DNA of 64,000 bases from Octopus vulgaris (GCA_951406725.2 OX597816.1:156116001-156180000); one strand, 5' to 3'. Counted from the first letter of the stretch, positions 13,921 through 28,142 are shown. A program made the numbers and translations. Notes: a model not told the origin generated them from the letters alone.

Positions 13921-15628
13921 CTATGAAAGATGATGAGCTGGTACAATCATTAGTTTGGATAAAAAATAAAAATGGCTCACTGGCTTAAAATATATTTTGC
14001 CGGAAAGTGTAATATGCGACGTAGCAAAATAAAATTCGTATATATCTTGCAGTATGGGGTGTTGGTCTCGAGTCCTATTATAGACATTTACAATATTCAG
14101 GAAAGGATAAGGCGGTCACTTGACTGGATCGTTATCACGCTACACAAATGTCTTCGATGGGTCATTGACATAAGTATCAACTGAGCAAAAGGATCGATGT
14201 AATCGACCTATTTGCAACCCTGAATATTACTGATCTTGTGACAAAATTTTACGGAATATGTAGGAAACGATAACATGTGTAATTTAATCTTGAATCACAT
14301 CTTAAGGATCTGGTTTTTAGTGATGTTTTAACAATGTAATGTCACTACTTTGACTAAATGTTCTAATTTTAGCATGCTTTCATTGCAGTTTCACTAGATT
14401 TGATGTGAATATACTTTTACATTCACATGGAATTTTAGGGAGTAAAATATAAGAACTTGAACTTCCTAAATTTTTCCAAGATGGAACTTATCTTTTGTTC
14501 AGTTAAGATTAACATTGTAGTTATAAATTTAACAGACATTTTACTGTCACACTGGGGCACCCACAACCATAATGTTGTCATCAATTCTTTAAATAAAAGG
14601 TCCTCCTATTGATGAAAGTGAGTAGACAATGGGCTCTGTGATGTTCGTGCTTCCGCTATCATAATAAACCTCACAGAAATGAAGTGTCTTTGTCTCTTCA
14701 ATTGAGAGTCTCAAACACTTCGCACCTCGGATCCCCGTGAGCATACTGTCGATTAAATGCTGTTCACAATAATCACATGAAACGATATCATTGTCTTTGA
14801 TATCTCATCATTAATTCGCTATCATCAGTACAATATATTTACATGAATTACTTCCCCTTTGATGAAGAATATTTTTTCTATTCATTTACCTTATTTTGTT
14901 ATTTCTCTAACGTTGAGTAAAGTGATGCAAAGCATATATTGATTCAGTTGTCATTAAAAAAAATGTATTTTACCAATATAACCAGAAATAGAAGGATGTG
15001 TGAAAAATAGAAAACAAAAGGTAAAAATAATAATAAACTAAATGAATCCAGATCAAACGATCGAATATGTTCTAAATTTGGATCCGAATTAATCAGAGTT
15101 ATAATAGATTTCCAAAGCAAACAAGAGTAACAACAACCAAAATAAAGAGCAAAAGAAAAGAAAAATGGAAATTACAAATAATACAACCGAAAATAATACG
15201 AACCGCAAGACTAATAACAAAAACAACAACAACAACTACTACTACTACTACTACTACTACTGATGATAATTATGATTATGATTATGATTATGATAATGAT
15301 GATGATTATGATAGAAATGATAATGGTAATGGCAATATTCATAATAATAATTCCTGTTTTCGACGCAAGGGCTAGAAATGAGAGAACATTACAACACACT
15401 CAACTAAACAACCTTTCATAAACGCAAATGATTCAAAGTTCTACTCTGTAGTCATACAAATCTCATTCAAATTAGCAAGGCATGTTTTCTCCTCCTCCTC
15501 CTCCTCCTCCTCCTCCTTATCATCATCATAACCACCACCACCACCACCATATATACGTATATATGCAAACATATATGTATATATATATGTACATACACAC
15601 ACATATATGATATATATCTATGTATATA

Positions 15629-15905
15629 TTGTTGTTGTTTGTTTCTTCTCGAGCCATGCTTGGCTCATAAGGGCCGGTTTCCTGGCTTTCTTGGGGTATA
15701 GGTTCCCCACCCGGACGGGGCGTCGGTCCGTTGCAGGCGAGCTGCAAGATACAGGGGGAAAGAGTGAAAGAAAGTTGTGGCGAAAGAGTCAGCAGAAGCT
15801 TAGGTGTTTCGCTCATAAACACACACATCCCCCGGTCTGAGATTCGAACCCGCGATCCCTCGACCGCGAGTCCGCTGCTCTAACCACTAGGCCATGTGCC
15901 TCCAC
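15629..15905 (-). mobile_element. tRNA-derived SINE, family C (V-domain-like 3' half, (CAA)n tail)
   Basis: Minus-strand head gtggaggcacatggcctagtggttagagc...gggttcgaatctc carries A and B boxes. Body contains cctgcaacggaccgacgccccgtccggg and ends in aacaacaac. A 3' fragment recurs at ~33230-33323. Confidence 0.85.
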
Positions 15906-15906
15906 T

Positions 15907-16016
<110 letters not shown>

Positions 16017-16849
16017 TGTGTGTGTGTGTATACAGATAGATATAGATGGATGATGGATTGATAGAAACATTGATAGATATCTATATATACATCGATTCCC
16101 ACGCAGTTTGGGGCCTTGTGTATCTCTGGTAATCCTTTACTGTTGACAGCAAGGGACTTCACTGTTGATATTTTATTTAATTTTTCATCAACAGTCTCAA
16201 TGCTACCAAATTGTGAAGGCAAGTAAAGTGGAGCATATTGAAACTTGCATTTGGTTGATATTTATATATTTTATTGATCCCTGGGAGAATAAATCGTAAA
16301 GTCGACACTGGCATTTGAAATTAGAAAGTAAAATGAGGGAAACTAACTGTTGTATGATATCTTATATTTCTACTTATTACACCATTTCTGACTGTACCTT
16401 TATTATTTTGGATTTCGAATTTTCACATTGGAACACATACATAAATTTGTACGTAAAGGTGCTGTGAATGTTAGAATCAGAACAAAATACATTGTGATAC
16501 TGAGGGCAATAACTGTACTGTAGATTTGAAAGACATTCATAAATGAGAAAGACGCTCATAAGTTTCTTTTTTCTTTTCTTTTTGGACAGGATCAACTTTG
16601 TTTTAATAAGTATCGATATATTACTGATTTTACACTTCATCACAATGCTGCAAATCTTTGAGAAACGAATAAAGCATGTTGAATTGATCTCTCCAAAAGA
16701 TATCCAGTACTTATTTTCGTTTTACTGATGGAATTGACCACGAAGCATTTGAATTTTTAACAGAATTATGAAACATAAATATTTGATTTTATAGCACATA
16801 AGGAATGTGAAGTCAAGACGAGTTCACTTTCCTTTAGTGTTGTGGGATG

Positions 16850-17385
16850 TTGGCAGTGACAGAAACGAGTGGTGAGGAAAGGCAACATAGGAACTGTAAC
16901 AGAAGTATTGAACTTGACCTTGAGATGTGACCAGGCTCTTGTACTAAATGGGTTACTTTATGTAGTTAGCATGGTGTTGACTAAAGTGGGAGACGGCAAT
17001 AAAGGAGAGAAAGGAAGGAAGGCGAGAAGGCAAGCAGCGTTTGTAGAAGACTACAACAGAATTGCTTGGAAAACGGAGCTGTGGACGGTGCAGGTTGAAT
17101 ATAAAGAATATTCAAGGCTTCCTTTTAAGAGTTGGTGTTGAACTTTGGGCGTGGTTGGACGTAAGATGAAAGGATGGGCGAGGAGCATTCGTTTCGCAGC
17201 AGGGGTTGATTTATGTGGAATAGTATAGAATTAGGCAAAGAACATTAGTGACGCACTAAGTAGAACATCCCAATACAATACCGACGACTAGCAAGATGGT
17301 CTAAATATCTATGGGGCTCTGTGCATCACTGGTAATCCTTCAGTGTTGACTTCACTGTCGATATTTTATTTAATTTTTCATCAAA
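16850..17385 (+). mobile_element. HERO/NeSL-like RLE LINE, decayed C-terminus and 3' UTR
   Basis: ORF 16869-17141 TLRCDQALV...VLTKVGD..RKARRQAAFVEDYNRIAWKTELWTVQVEYKEY resembles LRPDIVL..ELTVPWE..ERKxxxYxELVEEC..GW...PVEVGCRG. The tail is duplicated at 16110-16190. Confidence 0.6.
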
Positions 17386-18369
17386 AGTATGAATCTAGGA
17401 AAATAGAGCAAAGACTTTCAGTTGGTCTACCTGTCGAAAGAGTTGTACTAACAACGCTCTACCATTCCTGTAATAGTATATTACGAAGTTCTTCTCTATC
17501 GAAATATGTCGTCTGAAAATAGCATGAAAATCTCTCCCAATTCTCACACTTTAATTATCGTTTATTCAAATTAGGCAGAATAAATTTGATAACGAATTAA
17601 AATGCTTTGAAAGATTGGATAGTCAAGGTTAAAGGGCCTTTGATCGTAGGTTTACTCGAACGTGGCTGAGCAAGGGTTTAACAACAACTACTACTACTAT
17701 TACCTAATATTAATCATAAGTTCTTCCACACTAACAGCTGCAGTAATCATTTCTCACAGTATTCTCTTAAGGCATTGAACATCAATACACATGCAATCAA
17801 GAATTTCAAGTAGGAGAAAAAATACCCAGTAGTCCACTCTTTAATTCCAATGTAAAGACGCAATGTATACAGCTATTTAATTATCCTGCTAGCTCTCACA
17901 TTTTCACGCTCTCTCTCTAAACTTTCTCCATGTCTTTCATCCTTTCATTATTTCACGCAGTGTCTCTCGCTTTATCTTTCTCTAATGAATTACAGCTAGG
18001 GGTGAAAGGAAGAATGGTTTGCGGAATGAATGCAATATGTTATTGATTGTAACAACAAAAAACAACCAACCGCTTGTCATTACTGATCAATAATATGAGA
18101 CTCACTCGCCCACATAAACATGGACCTGCTTTCAGTCGTAGAGTCTCAGACACAAACTTACACATAAACGCATGCCTCAAAGTAAATATGCGTTTATGTT
18201 TATGCATAAAACATCAATCTGCAATTGCTGGGCAACACACATACTCACACATATACGCAGGCACCCCCAGCCTCACACACACGCAAACGGGTATGTAGGT
18301 ATATACAAACATGTATATATATATGCACAAAGACAAATAAGCATAAACACACACATATGTATGTGTCTA

Positions 18370-18601
18370 GGGCGGCGAACTGGCAGAATCGTTAGCACGC
18401 CAGGCGAAATGCTTAGTGTTATTTCGTCTGTCTTTACGTTCTGAGTTCAAATTCTGCCGAGGTCGACTTTGCCTTTCATCCTTTCTAGGTCAATTAAATA
18501 AGTACCAGTTACGCACTGGGGTCGATATAATCAACTTAACCCCTTTGTCTGTCCTTGTTTGTTCCCTCTGTGTTTAGACCCATGTGTGCAATAATGAAAT
18601 A
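18370..18601 (+). mobile_element. SINE family A
   Basis: ggcggcgaactggcagaatcgttagcacgcc...gagttcaaattctgccgaggtcgactttgcctttcatcc; reverse complement of the 5684 copy. Confidence 0.88.
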
Positions 18602-18662
18602 TATATATACATATCCGTGTTTGGTTTTAATATATGTATGTATGTATGTATGTATGTATCTA

Positions 18663-18722
<60 letters not shown>

Positions 18723-18795
18723 GGTCCCGGGTTGAGTCGGGGTTAACCACAGTAAATAAGGTACTCAATACATAGCAGAGTAAATTAATTTATTT

Positions 18796-18915
18796 TATTT
18801 TATAGAAGGAGCTTCTGCAGGACTAGAACTGTTTCATTCAAAAGAAATCATCAGGAAGCTTCCTGATGATTTCTTTTGAATGAAACAGTTCTAGTCCTGT
18901 AGAAGCTCCTTCTAT

Positions 18916-18921
<6 letters not shown>
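18796..18921. repeat. 126-bp spacerless palindrome (1 mismatch) containing a hammerhead-like core
   Basis: Centred on aagctt at 18856-18861. The only mismatch is ctgcag versus ctgtag. Contains CTGATGA (18863), GAAAC (18882) and GTC (18894). Confidence 0.95.
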
Positions 18922-18973
<52 letters not shown>

Positions 18974-18974
18974 T

Positions 18975-19019
<45 letters not shown>

Positions 19020-20337
19020 CATATCTGTATATATATGTATGTATATACCTGCATATATGTTTGTATATATATATATATATATATATATATTTAATTGCTT
19101 TCTTGCTTGTGTGTTTATTCGAAATTGTATTCTTGTGAAGAAAGTGACCGTATGCGGATGCGTATGCATATATGAAAATATATTCCCACATACACCGTTA
19201 CATACGTGTGTGCGCGTGGGCGTGTGTGAGTGTGTGTTTGTGTGGTTGAGTCTGTATGTCTACGTGAGTGTGTATGTTGTGAATGTATTTACACAACGTA
19301 AACGTATGTGTTCTATGTAAATTAATATATTCTTATAATTGCATGTGTGCATATATGCTTACTTATACGCTTGTGTGCGAGTGTGTATGTGATTAATTCA
19401 TATGTTGTACATCTGTTGATGGATGGCTGACGAGAATTACTGAAGTTTGTAACAATTACTTTCATGTTGCTGCGTTGCTTCCAAATTTTATTAATTAGTG
19501 TTACATTAATTATTGTTAATTATCGTTTGTGTGCTTCTGTTGATTCTATTTCTGCTTTTTGATAGCTAAACCTCCAATGGCGAAAAATACAGTGGAATAC
19601 AAACACGGTGATTTTATTTTAGCCAGTTTTTTTTTTGTGTTTTCTTTGTATTGTTATATTTATTTGCTGGTTTAGTCCCACGATAAATTTGGTGGAATAG
19701 ACGTGTGAGTTAATAACATTCCTGTCGTGTCTATTTAATTTGTTTTATAGAAATATCCAGGATTACCATCATTGTGTATTTTAAAACAACCTCTTCCTGC
19801 TCCCCCTCCTCCTCCTCTTCTCTAGGACAAACATTACTGTCTCGAGTCCTATGACACATAAGGCTTGTATCTGGTCTCCATGGCGCATAAATGCTCAGGA
19901 ATTCAACAGTTTTACTAAACGGGACACCGGTTCATCGCAGGCTTACACATTTAGATCTGAGCAGACTGACCCAATGCTCAAGAAGACATCTCGTCTCCTA
20001 GCCCAGTAGTCGAATCTATGATCTTTCGATCGCGTTTGCAATAACATAACTACTAGCACATGTGATTATGTTATTTTGAACGGTTCAGGGTTGTCAGTTA
20101 AAGATTTGGGTGCTCTTTCTAGCAGATAATGGCTAAAAAATAAAAGCCCTTAAGATGTATCACTGTGTAACTGTCATATGCATTGGTAGTATATTCTTTA
20201 TTATATATATATAAATATAATGACAAACCTATGAGGTTAATAAGCTTGCATATTATGTCCAGGGTTAGCATAGTTAATTATACCGGTAGTATAACGGATA
20301 GTTTTATCCTTTAGACGGTTATTCGAACCTCTAACTT

Positions 20338-20433
<96 letters not shown>

Positions 20434-21369
20434 TTGTGTGTGTATGTATTCCAACGATATCCTGGAGAGCTCATATTAATTCTGCATTTCAAACACGTAC
20501 TGAAACACACTGAGTTTACATTCTAAGGTCAGATGTACTTCAGTTTAGAGTTAGAAGAATATGGTGGAGCACTTACGTCAGCAATTTTATTCTTCTGAAT
20601 CGCTATCTTTCTGTGTATATATGTGAGTGAGGTTACCTGTGTAGCGTCTATAGTTGATTTTTTTCCCGTTGAACGAATCAGTTGTTACTCAACGCTCTTT
20701 CGTACAGATAAACAGGAGTGCAATATACACTTTATATACTATTCTTCTGGACACTGGAATGTAATTGACGTTGTTATTTAAAAAAAAATATTATAGGGGT
20801 TGCACATAGTTATGGTTAAGAAATTTGATTTGAAACTTTAGAGTTGCAGGTTTGATCTGACTGTATGGGAATATAGACAACTGTTTTATAATTTACCTCA
20901 GATTAAAATGAAATTAACAGGTGGAATCTGTACGATAGCCCATCAGTGGAATCGTTCATACTACTGGATATTAAATATAATTTTTTAATGCTACCAGTTG
21001 CCTTACATACCTCGACTAGCATACACTAAACATAAAAATTCGCTCCGGGGTTTGAAAATAAGTGTTTGACCCAACCCTAAAATAGACGTTTCTTTTTATA
21101 TCTCTCGGGCCCTACAACTCAGAGGATCGGTTTTTCTGTTCCAAGCGTGTTAGTGACCGAGATCCGTTTCAAGGCTTAAGGTTACTAATTTTGAGAAGAG
21201 GGTTAAGTCTATTACGTTGGCGCTAATGCTTGACTGAGATCGGCGGGATTTTAAATAGTGCGAATATAAAGATCCCCGAAGAAATGCTGCTAAGCGTTTT
21301 CCTCGATATACTAACTATTCTTCAAGCTGTCCACTGTATACATACAACATACATACACACAAACACACA

Positions 21370-21406
<37 letters not shown>

Positions 21407-23816
21407 ATATTTCGGAATGGTCATTTTGCCAGTTTAGCCAATAAAAACACACGCACTGTATATTTGGTGTTATTTTGCTTCAGTGTTATTTATTTCTTAC
21501 ATTAATCTTAATCTTATTTCGGCCAGAGTTCTTTCCCCACACTCCTGTGACCGCATCAGTGGTCCTTTGTTTTCTTCTTTCTTATTTGTGTCTCTCCTTA
21601 CTAACCGTCAGCCATTTTGTATTTTTATTATATATCTTCATTTGCGCATGCTTATATCTCTATGTGCGTCTATGTTTATTTAGTGTGTGTGTGGGGGGAT
21701 GTCAGTAATATTTGTATCTTCTGTTTATATACGTTCATGTAATTTGTTTTTGTTGTTGTTGTTTTTGTTTATTCTTATTTTGTTCATGTGTTTACATCCA
21801 CTTATTATTATCATTACATATGCTTGTATGTATGTATTGTAACAACAATACTAGTAATAATAATAATAAATCAAAAACAAAAAAAAATTTATATAGTTAT
21901 TTATTTCTATTTGTTTATTTATCTGTGTATTTATTATGTTTTCGGGATCATCTACCGTCATATATATCTTTCATTGTATGTATATTTGATCTAGTTTTAT
22001 TTCGAGTTAAACAGCGCTTATGAATGAATTTTCCACATAACTTTGAAAACCACGAAAAATGCCGTAAATGACTGGTTCAGTAATCGCTAGAGTTATCAAA
22101 ACATTTTAAACCTCTACCTCTGATAATGTAAACATCTACAGCTGCTGCTTACATTTTCTAGTCTATAGCTTTCCACTTCAAACTTGCTCTTTTGCTTGCA
22201 GTGATCTGTTCCTCTTAGTATTAGAAAATGTTCATTGTTAGATATGCAAGTTTTTTTCGATCATTCTGCTTTGATTACGCTGCAGTTGTTTGCCAAGATT
22301 TATATTTAATTTCGTTAATTAAAGGCTAATCGAACAAACGGAATAACGAAAACAAATAACAAAAGCAGCAAAAATAACTATTTCGAAATAAACAATATAT
22401 TTGGTATGAGGTATTAATGGAAATAAATAAATAGATGGTAAAGACCGATAAATCTATTTCTAATTAGGAAGGAAGATGTTAAGTGTATTTATATATACTT
22501 TTTATTTTCTGGCCGATATTTTCGATTATCAATAATAAGATATAAATAAAACGGTAGAAAATAAAGCAGAGAAGCCAAATGAGGAGGCGTAATATAAGAA
22601 CTGCAATACAAACTGAATAGTAACCTGTGGCTTTAATAAAAGAAAGCATGAGAAACGATATGATGAAAATGAAAGCAGCAGATTCAATGAAAATAAAAAG
22701 ATGAAAGAAAATTATTATATATTATTTAACTAGAAAAATTTTCTTTATCAGAAAGAAGAATGGAAATTTATGAAGTTCATGGATGTGACGTTCTATCAGC
22801 AGTAGAAGGACAGTTTAATGTCTTTAAGTGTGAATCGAACATTTTTTAATGATTTAACACCATTAACAATACTTTATTGTTCTTCAGCACTCGACAAAGA
22901 AGAAATATTACTGCTGTGAGAAGAGATTTAGTCGAACGGAAATTCTTGATTGTGTCATATCTTTACCTAATGGATTATATAGTTGTTGTTATTTGGTTGC
23001 CAATAAATTCCAGTTCAAACTAATCTGTAATGAAAGGCATTCCATCCATAGCCATCTGTTCCTGTTTTGGGGTGAATAAAATTAATACGATCAAACTGTA
23101 GATGATGGAGTGGTTTGGTTGCTCTTTCGAGCATTTGATTCAACTACATCGAAGCCTTTTCGTACTGAAGTGTATTTTTGTTTGCCATACGTTTTAGAGT
23201 AAATTACTAAATATATGCAATTGAAAGCAGAAGCTGAGTTGTGGCTATGGCAGACCAAGGACATTTCTTACGCTAAAAAGGAGACACGGATAACGTTTTT
23301 CTTGTGAATAGGTAGGAAGGCATCATACTTCAGCGAAAACATGAATAATGGTCTTCCTTTAATCCGCATATGCATCAACGGTGAACTTATGTTGAAATAG
23401 CATTATCTGTTGTTTAAAATGCATTGTAAACTTTAATCACATAGAACCACTCTCATATCTAAGTTTCTTCATCTTCCTCTAAGGTGCGCATAACTGAAAA
23501 TGCCTAGTGAAATCAAATATTAGGTCTGTAGATCGGAGATTGGAATTGAAATAAATGAGTTTCAGTGACATCATCCCATCTACTTCAATACATTTTAACC
23601 TCAACTCAATTATATTGTCATTGGAAGATTTATGCCTGTATGTAATTTTGTACTTGTTCATTTATAGGAATTATATGGACCAGCTTAAGATATATCTCTT
23701 TAGTAATACATTTTATACGTTTCTTGGAATTGTATCAGTTTCATATACGCGCGGATAGAAATAGCATCATCTATGAGATATTTGACAAAATAAACTGAAG
23801 TGAAGAATATTTGACA

Positions 23817-25279
23817 TACTTTAATATAACGATAACTGAATGTATTAAAGGATTTATTTTCTGCCGCTTTTAATTTTGTCTAGGGTCGCAGTTCACTTCT
23901 TACATTGTCGATAATGCTATTATCGTATTCCATTACAAAAAATAAATGTACAAAACGCAAACTTTTATCCGCAAAGGAAGCCTAAATATGTTGATGTAAG
24001 AAATAATATTCTTCCCTTTACAAGCATAGAAGTGTAGTGTTCAATTAGCGTTTATTTAAACAATTCTGGATTTACACAGAATAAAATTGTTACTTAAAAG
24101 TTTTCAAAAGTTACAGGAAGACATATGTCTCCTGTAAAGGTAACGTTTATGTTTATATACATTTCACTTAAACATCACACAAGCCATCGAGGAACTTCTA
24201 CATGGCAGGATAACTTGCTAGATATTGTAGCAAAATATCCCTCAGATAAAAATTCTGCATATTAAAAAATGAAAGGCATATTGAATAATGTCACTGTTTT
24301 TTTAACATACTGAAAAGATAAGATAGACGTGGATGGAATAGTTTTTATCATAAAAGTACTGACTAATTTGTAGATCTTGGGCTGACAACAAACGCAACTT
24401 CACGTTGCCGAGACAAGAAAAGTTCCTTGAAAGTGCTATAAACAAGCCACCATCAAGATACACATTACTGTTTCGATAATTGAAAAGTACATTGAATATT
24501 GCAGTGGTGTAGCGAAAACAGGAATGCGAGTTGGCCAAACTTCCGTCAAAGCTTACACTAATTTTAAGAGATGCGACACATACATGCACCTGTGTTCTAT
24601 TTTTAAGAAGGTCAAAGTCTCATCAGAATTTATTGCAAAACTGAACTAATAAAATGGGTTTAATATGATTTAAAATTAAATGATGTTTTATTTTTTTTCG
24701 CACAAAAGAATAATATTTTACCAAAGATACGGAAACTATTTAGAAACGAGTTGAAAATAAACTGGCAGTCCCATTATGACCCTAATGTGTGTGAATTTTC
24801 CCATAATTAGTTATCGGCTCAATAAACTTTAGAATACGATTTTATAATTCTATTTCTAGAATTCCAGTAAACATTCATAACAGATGCCTAATGGGAAATT
24901 TGAAGAGGTTGAGAAGACGAAAATTTTTAGTTCTCATACCGAAGGAAGATACAGCCGAGGATGGATCATCCTGATGTATAAGATGATTTCACTCATGTTT
25001 CGTCAAGTAATTTTATGGTGATTTCTTGTAAAATAAATAATAATCGTAGCCGTCCATAGAGTAATTAAGATTTTCTTCCAAGTAGTTGTAACTAATTTCA
25101 CAACGTTACAACTGAATAAATAATACAGTGAAATAATAGGTGAAATAACAATTTGATTGCAATTTTAAATAGCTAATCATAGTTTAATAATTTTAACCAT
25201 TAATTTGAAAAATTTTAACTATTTCCCTTTAAATCTAATTACGATGTCCGTGCGAGGATTCTATTTTATTCTTACAAAA
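23817..25279. repeat. Left arm of large inverted repeat (1463 bp)
   Basis: Reverse complement of 30163-31626. The ORF track shows identical 95-aa ORFs at 24302-24589(-) and 30854-31141(+). The only difference I found is a T8 versus A9 homopolymer. Confidence 0.97.
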
Positions 25280-25503
25280 CCATTGATACGCAGTGTTCAT
25301 TTTTCATTTCTAATTTCAAATATCCAACCATTTAATATCCTACATACAGTAATACCATTATCATAAAACTATTTTCGGTATTTCATCAATGTATATGTCT
25401 GGGATTTCATCCTAAATCATTGAATTGTATGGTTGTGTGAGTGGAAAAGAAAACAAGGAAGTCAATCAGTACGACTGAAATTAAATTACGAATTGAAAAC
25501 GTA

Positions 25504-25594
25504 ATACCACATTTGTTTAACCAGTAACGCAGGTTCGATATCACTGCGTCGGGTGTTTTGTCACATCATATTGGATTAAACAAATCTTCAAAGT
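25504..25594. repeat. Inner 91-bp inverted repeat block (left), resembling a degenerate SINE-B head
   Basis: Exact reverse complement of 29862-29952. ggttcgatatcactgcgt resembles the SINE-B motif ggttcagtcccactgcgt. Confidence 0.93.
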
Positions 25595-25872
25595 AGAATT
25601 TGGCAGACACCATTGTCGTCGCTGTCGTCATCATCATCGTCTTCGTCGTCCTCGTCGTCATCATCATCACCACCACCACCAACACTACCACCATCATCAT
25701 TAACATTTAAGGTCATTAAGGCGGCATGATTTGGACGTTTTCGATAGGATTAAGTAAGCCGCAGGGACACAAACAGTTTCAATTTTTCTGTGTCGCATTG
25801 GCATGGTTTTTACGGCTGGGTGACCTTCCTAATACCAACCAATTTACAGCGTGTTTCAGGTGCTTTTACTTT

Positions 25873-26083
25873 CCTATTTCTTTACTACCCACAAGGGGCT
25901 AAACACGGAGAAGGCAAACAAGGACAGATAAACGGATTAAATCGATTATATCGACCCCAGTGCGTAACTGGTACTTATTTAATCGACCCCGAAAGGATGA
26001 AAGGCAAAGTCGACCTCGGTGGAATTTGAACTCAGAACGTAACGGCAGAGGAAATACGGCTACACATTTCGCCCGGCGTGCTA
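25873..26083 (-). mobile_element. SINE family A (5'-truncated), nested in an older repeat spanning ~25690-26760
   Basis: cctatttctttactacccacaagggg...gcccggcgtgcta. Confidence 0.85.
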
Positions 26084-28142
26084 CAGCACAACTGAGCCAG
26101 AGAAGTCGCCGAGTAACTTGCATGACATAGAAAGACCGCGAAGAAGAACGACTGAAAGGGGGAGATGGGACGTGATTTCTATGCCAGGTATTGAATGACT
26201 TAAGTGTGACAGAGACAAGACTAAGTGTCTCGTTATAGAGGAAATACAGAACTACTGAAAATTAAATACGGGTGGGCGAGAGTAGTTAGAAAGAAATAGA
26301 GATGGCGATGACGTATCACATGAGCATCTCAATATAAAGATGGTGGACATATCAGGACCATTGGATAGGAGGTTTCATAAGAGTGTGAGGGAAGGAAAAT
26401 ATAATAGATGATTAACGATGAGGGAAAAAGGAATGTACCGATTGATGAAGAAATATGGAGAGGTGGCTGATGAAAGATGCCAGTATGGGAGGCAGATAAG
26501 GGTTGGATCAAGAAGGGGCAGAATGATGTGCAAGGTGTAGGAGCGGTGGGGAGACAAATGTAGAGGTACATAAGTAGGCGATGGAAGGTGGGGCGTGATG
26601 GTAGATACGAGAGATGTGATATTAATAATAGGGTATGACAGGCGAGAGATAACAATGGCTGCGGACACAGAAAGGAGGTGGTTAGCAGAAATAGAGTTGG
26701 TAAGGATGATAATGAGAAATGGAATTGTTTTAGAGGAGAGAAGAGGGAAATAACTAGAAGCACCCTACTCGCTGAGAGATTCTCAGCGAGAGATTCTGAA
26801 CTGTATTTGAGAGAGCATTTTTTTCTTTAATGAAGATATGATTAGGTTCTTGAAATGCACTCGTTGTAACCGTAACCATTGTTGTTTCTCAGTGTTAACA
26901 AATTTTCATTAACGTTTCGCCAATATCTTTATATGATATCCTTTTTAGTATTTCGATTATATTACTCTCGCAATGGTGGAATTGTGCGTCAAAATCTCAT
27001 ATTGGTGGGGAGTCTGATAATCGTTCCTTATATTATAATAGTGATTGCGCGACACAATTCTCTCTTATGTCAATATGAGTCACTTGGTATTAACTATATT
27101 CGTTGTCTAACCAAATCCTCTGACTAGAGGAAGCGGTTTTCTAAAGAAATATTATTCCACCTTGTGATTTCCAGCAGAATATTAATTATACGCAGCACAT
27201 TGACAGCAAGCATTCACGTTTAATCCATTATTTTCAGTGCAGAATGATTTATTCATTCACTGAGATCTAATACGAGCAAAACAAGTTCAGAGTTATCTCG
27301 CTTACTTCCAGAAATGTCTTAATAGGCATGATATAGTTAATACCATTTTCCCTCGATAGCAAAATATTTTTGATTACACTTTTGACTACCTCTGTATTAC
27401 TTCACTATTGATTTACATACAGATGACATTTCTGAGTAATTAGCGTCAATGGTTTATTTATTAACTGTCCTTTGAATCATTCAAGCTGGAGAGGATAGGC
27501 AAGTTTTTTTAATTAATTACCTGACATTTTTTAAAATCCAAACTATTCATTGGGAATTATCTCTTAATGAGCTAAGGCTAAATACTGGTTCAGTTATAGT
27601 ATGCGTAACATCTGTCCTAGGAAAGACTGATTTAAGAGTACTAAGCTTATCAAAAGAGCTCTAGCAATCCACTTGATCTCTGCAGAAATACTTACTATAC
27701 AGAAGTGAGGAAAATGGATGCCCCTCTTTATCCCATCACTTGCTATGACTATCAAATCTGAAGATCAAGTCATTTGGTGTAATTGAAGTATATTTATCAA
27801 AGCCTGTCATTTAGTCAAATCACATTGTATGTGACTTCAGAAATAAGAAAATCAGAAACTTAACTTAATAGCCTTTGCTATTACTTCTTAAATAACACTT
27901 GAAAAAATTGTACCTAAATAACTTTTAAACTAAATGTGCAAGTAATACAACTTAAATATATAGTGTGAGTTTAACTTCTGTTTCTAGCAACCTGTATCAT
28001 AACAGGTGAAGGGTGCAAATATTTGATGCTTAACTTCAATCTCCACTAAGTTCAATGCTGTAATGTTTAATGCACACTTCAGATTGAGTCATGTTTTAGA
28101 GTAATGTGAAACAACAACGTTGTAAGTTGTATTCTGTAATAT

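Noticed and set aside
15830-15905. tRNA gene-like sequence (also 54100-54170 and 28145-28215)
   Set aside because: These are SINE heads with A/B boxes, continuous with SINE bodies and lacking a proper acceptor stem.
24302-24589. 95-aa ORF duplicated at 30854-31141
   Set aside because: Identity is explained by the inverted repeat. It has a non-ATG start, no recognisable domain and no splice support.
24848-25037. Possible terminal exon in the IR arm (acceptor ttctatttctag, frame IPVNIHNRCLMGNLKRLRRRKFLVLIPKEDTAEDGSS*, AATAAA at 25032)
   Set aside because: No homology recognised and no partner exons; such signals are expected by chance in AT-rich DNA. RNA-seq would be needed.
26768-26790. 10-bp stem hairpin ctcgctgaga/tctcagcgag
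   Set aside because: Too short to interpret; probably a local template-switch scar.
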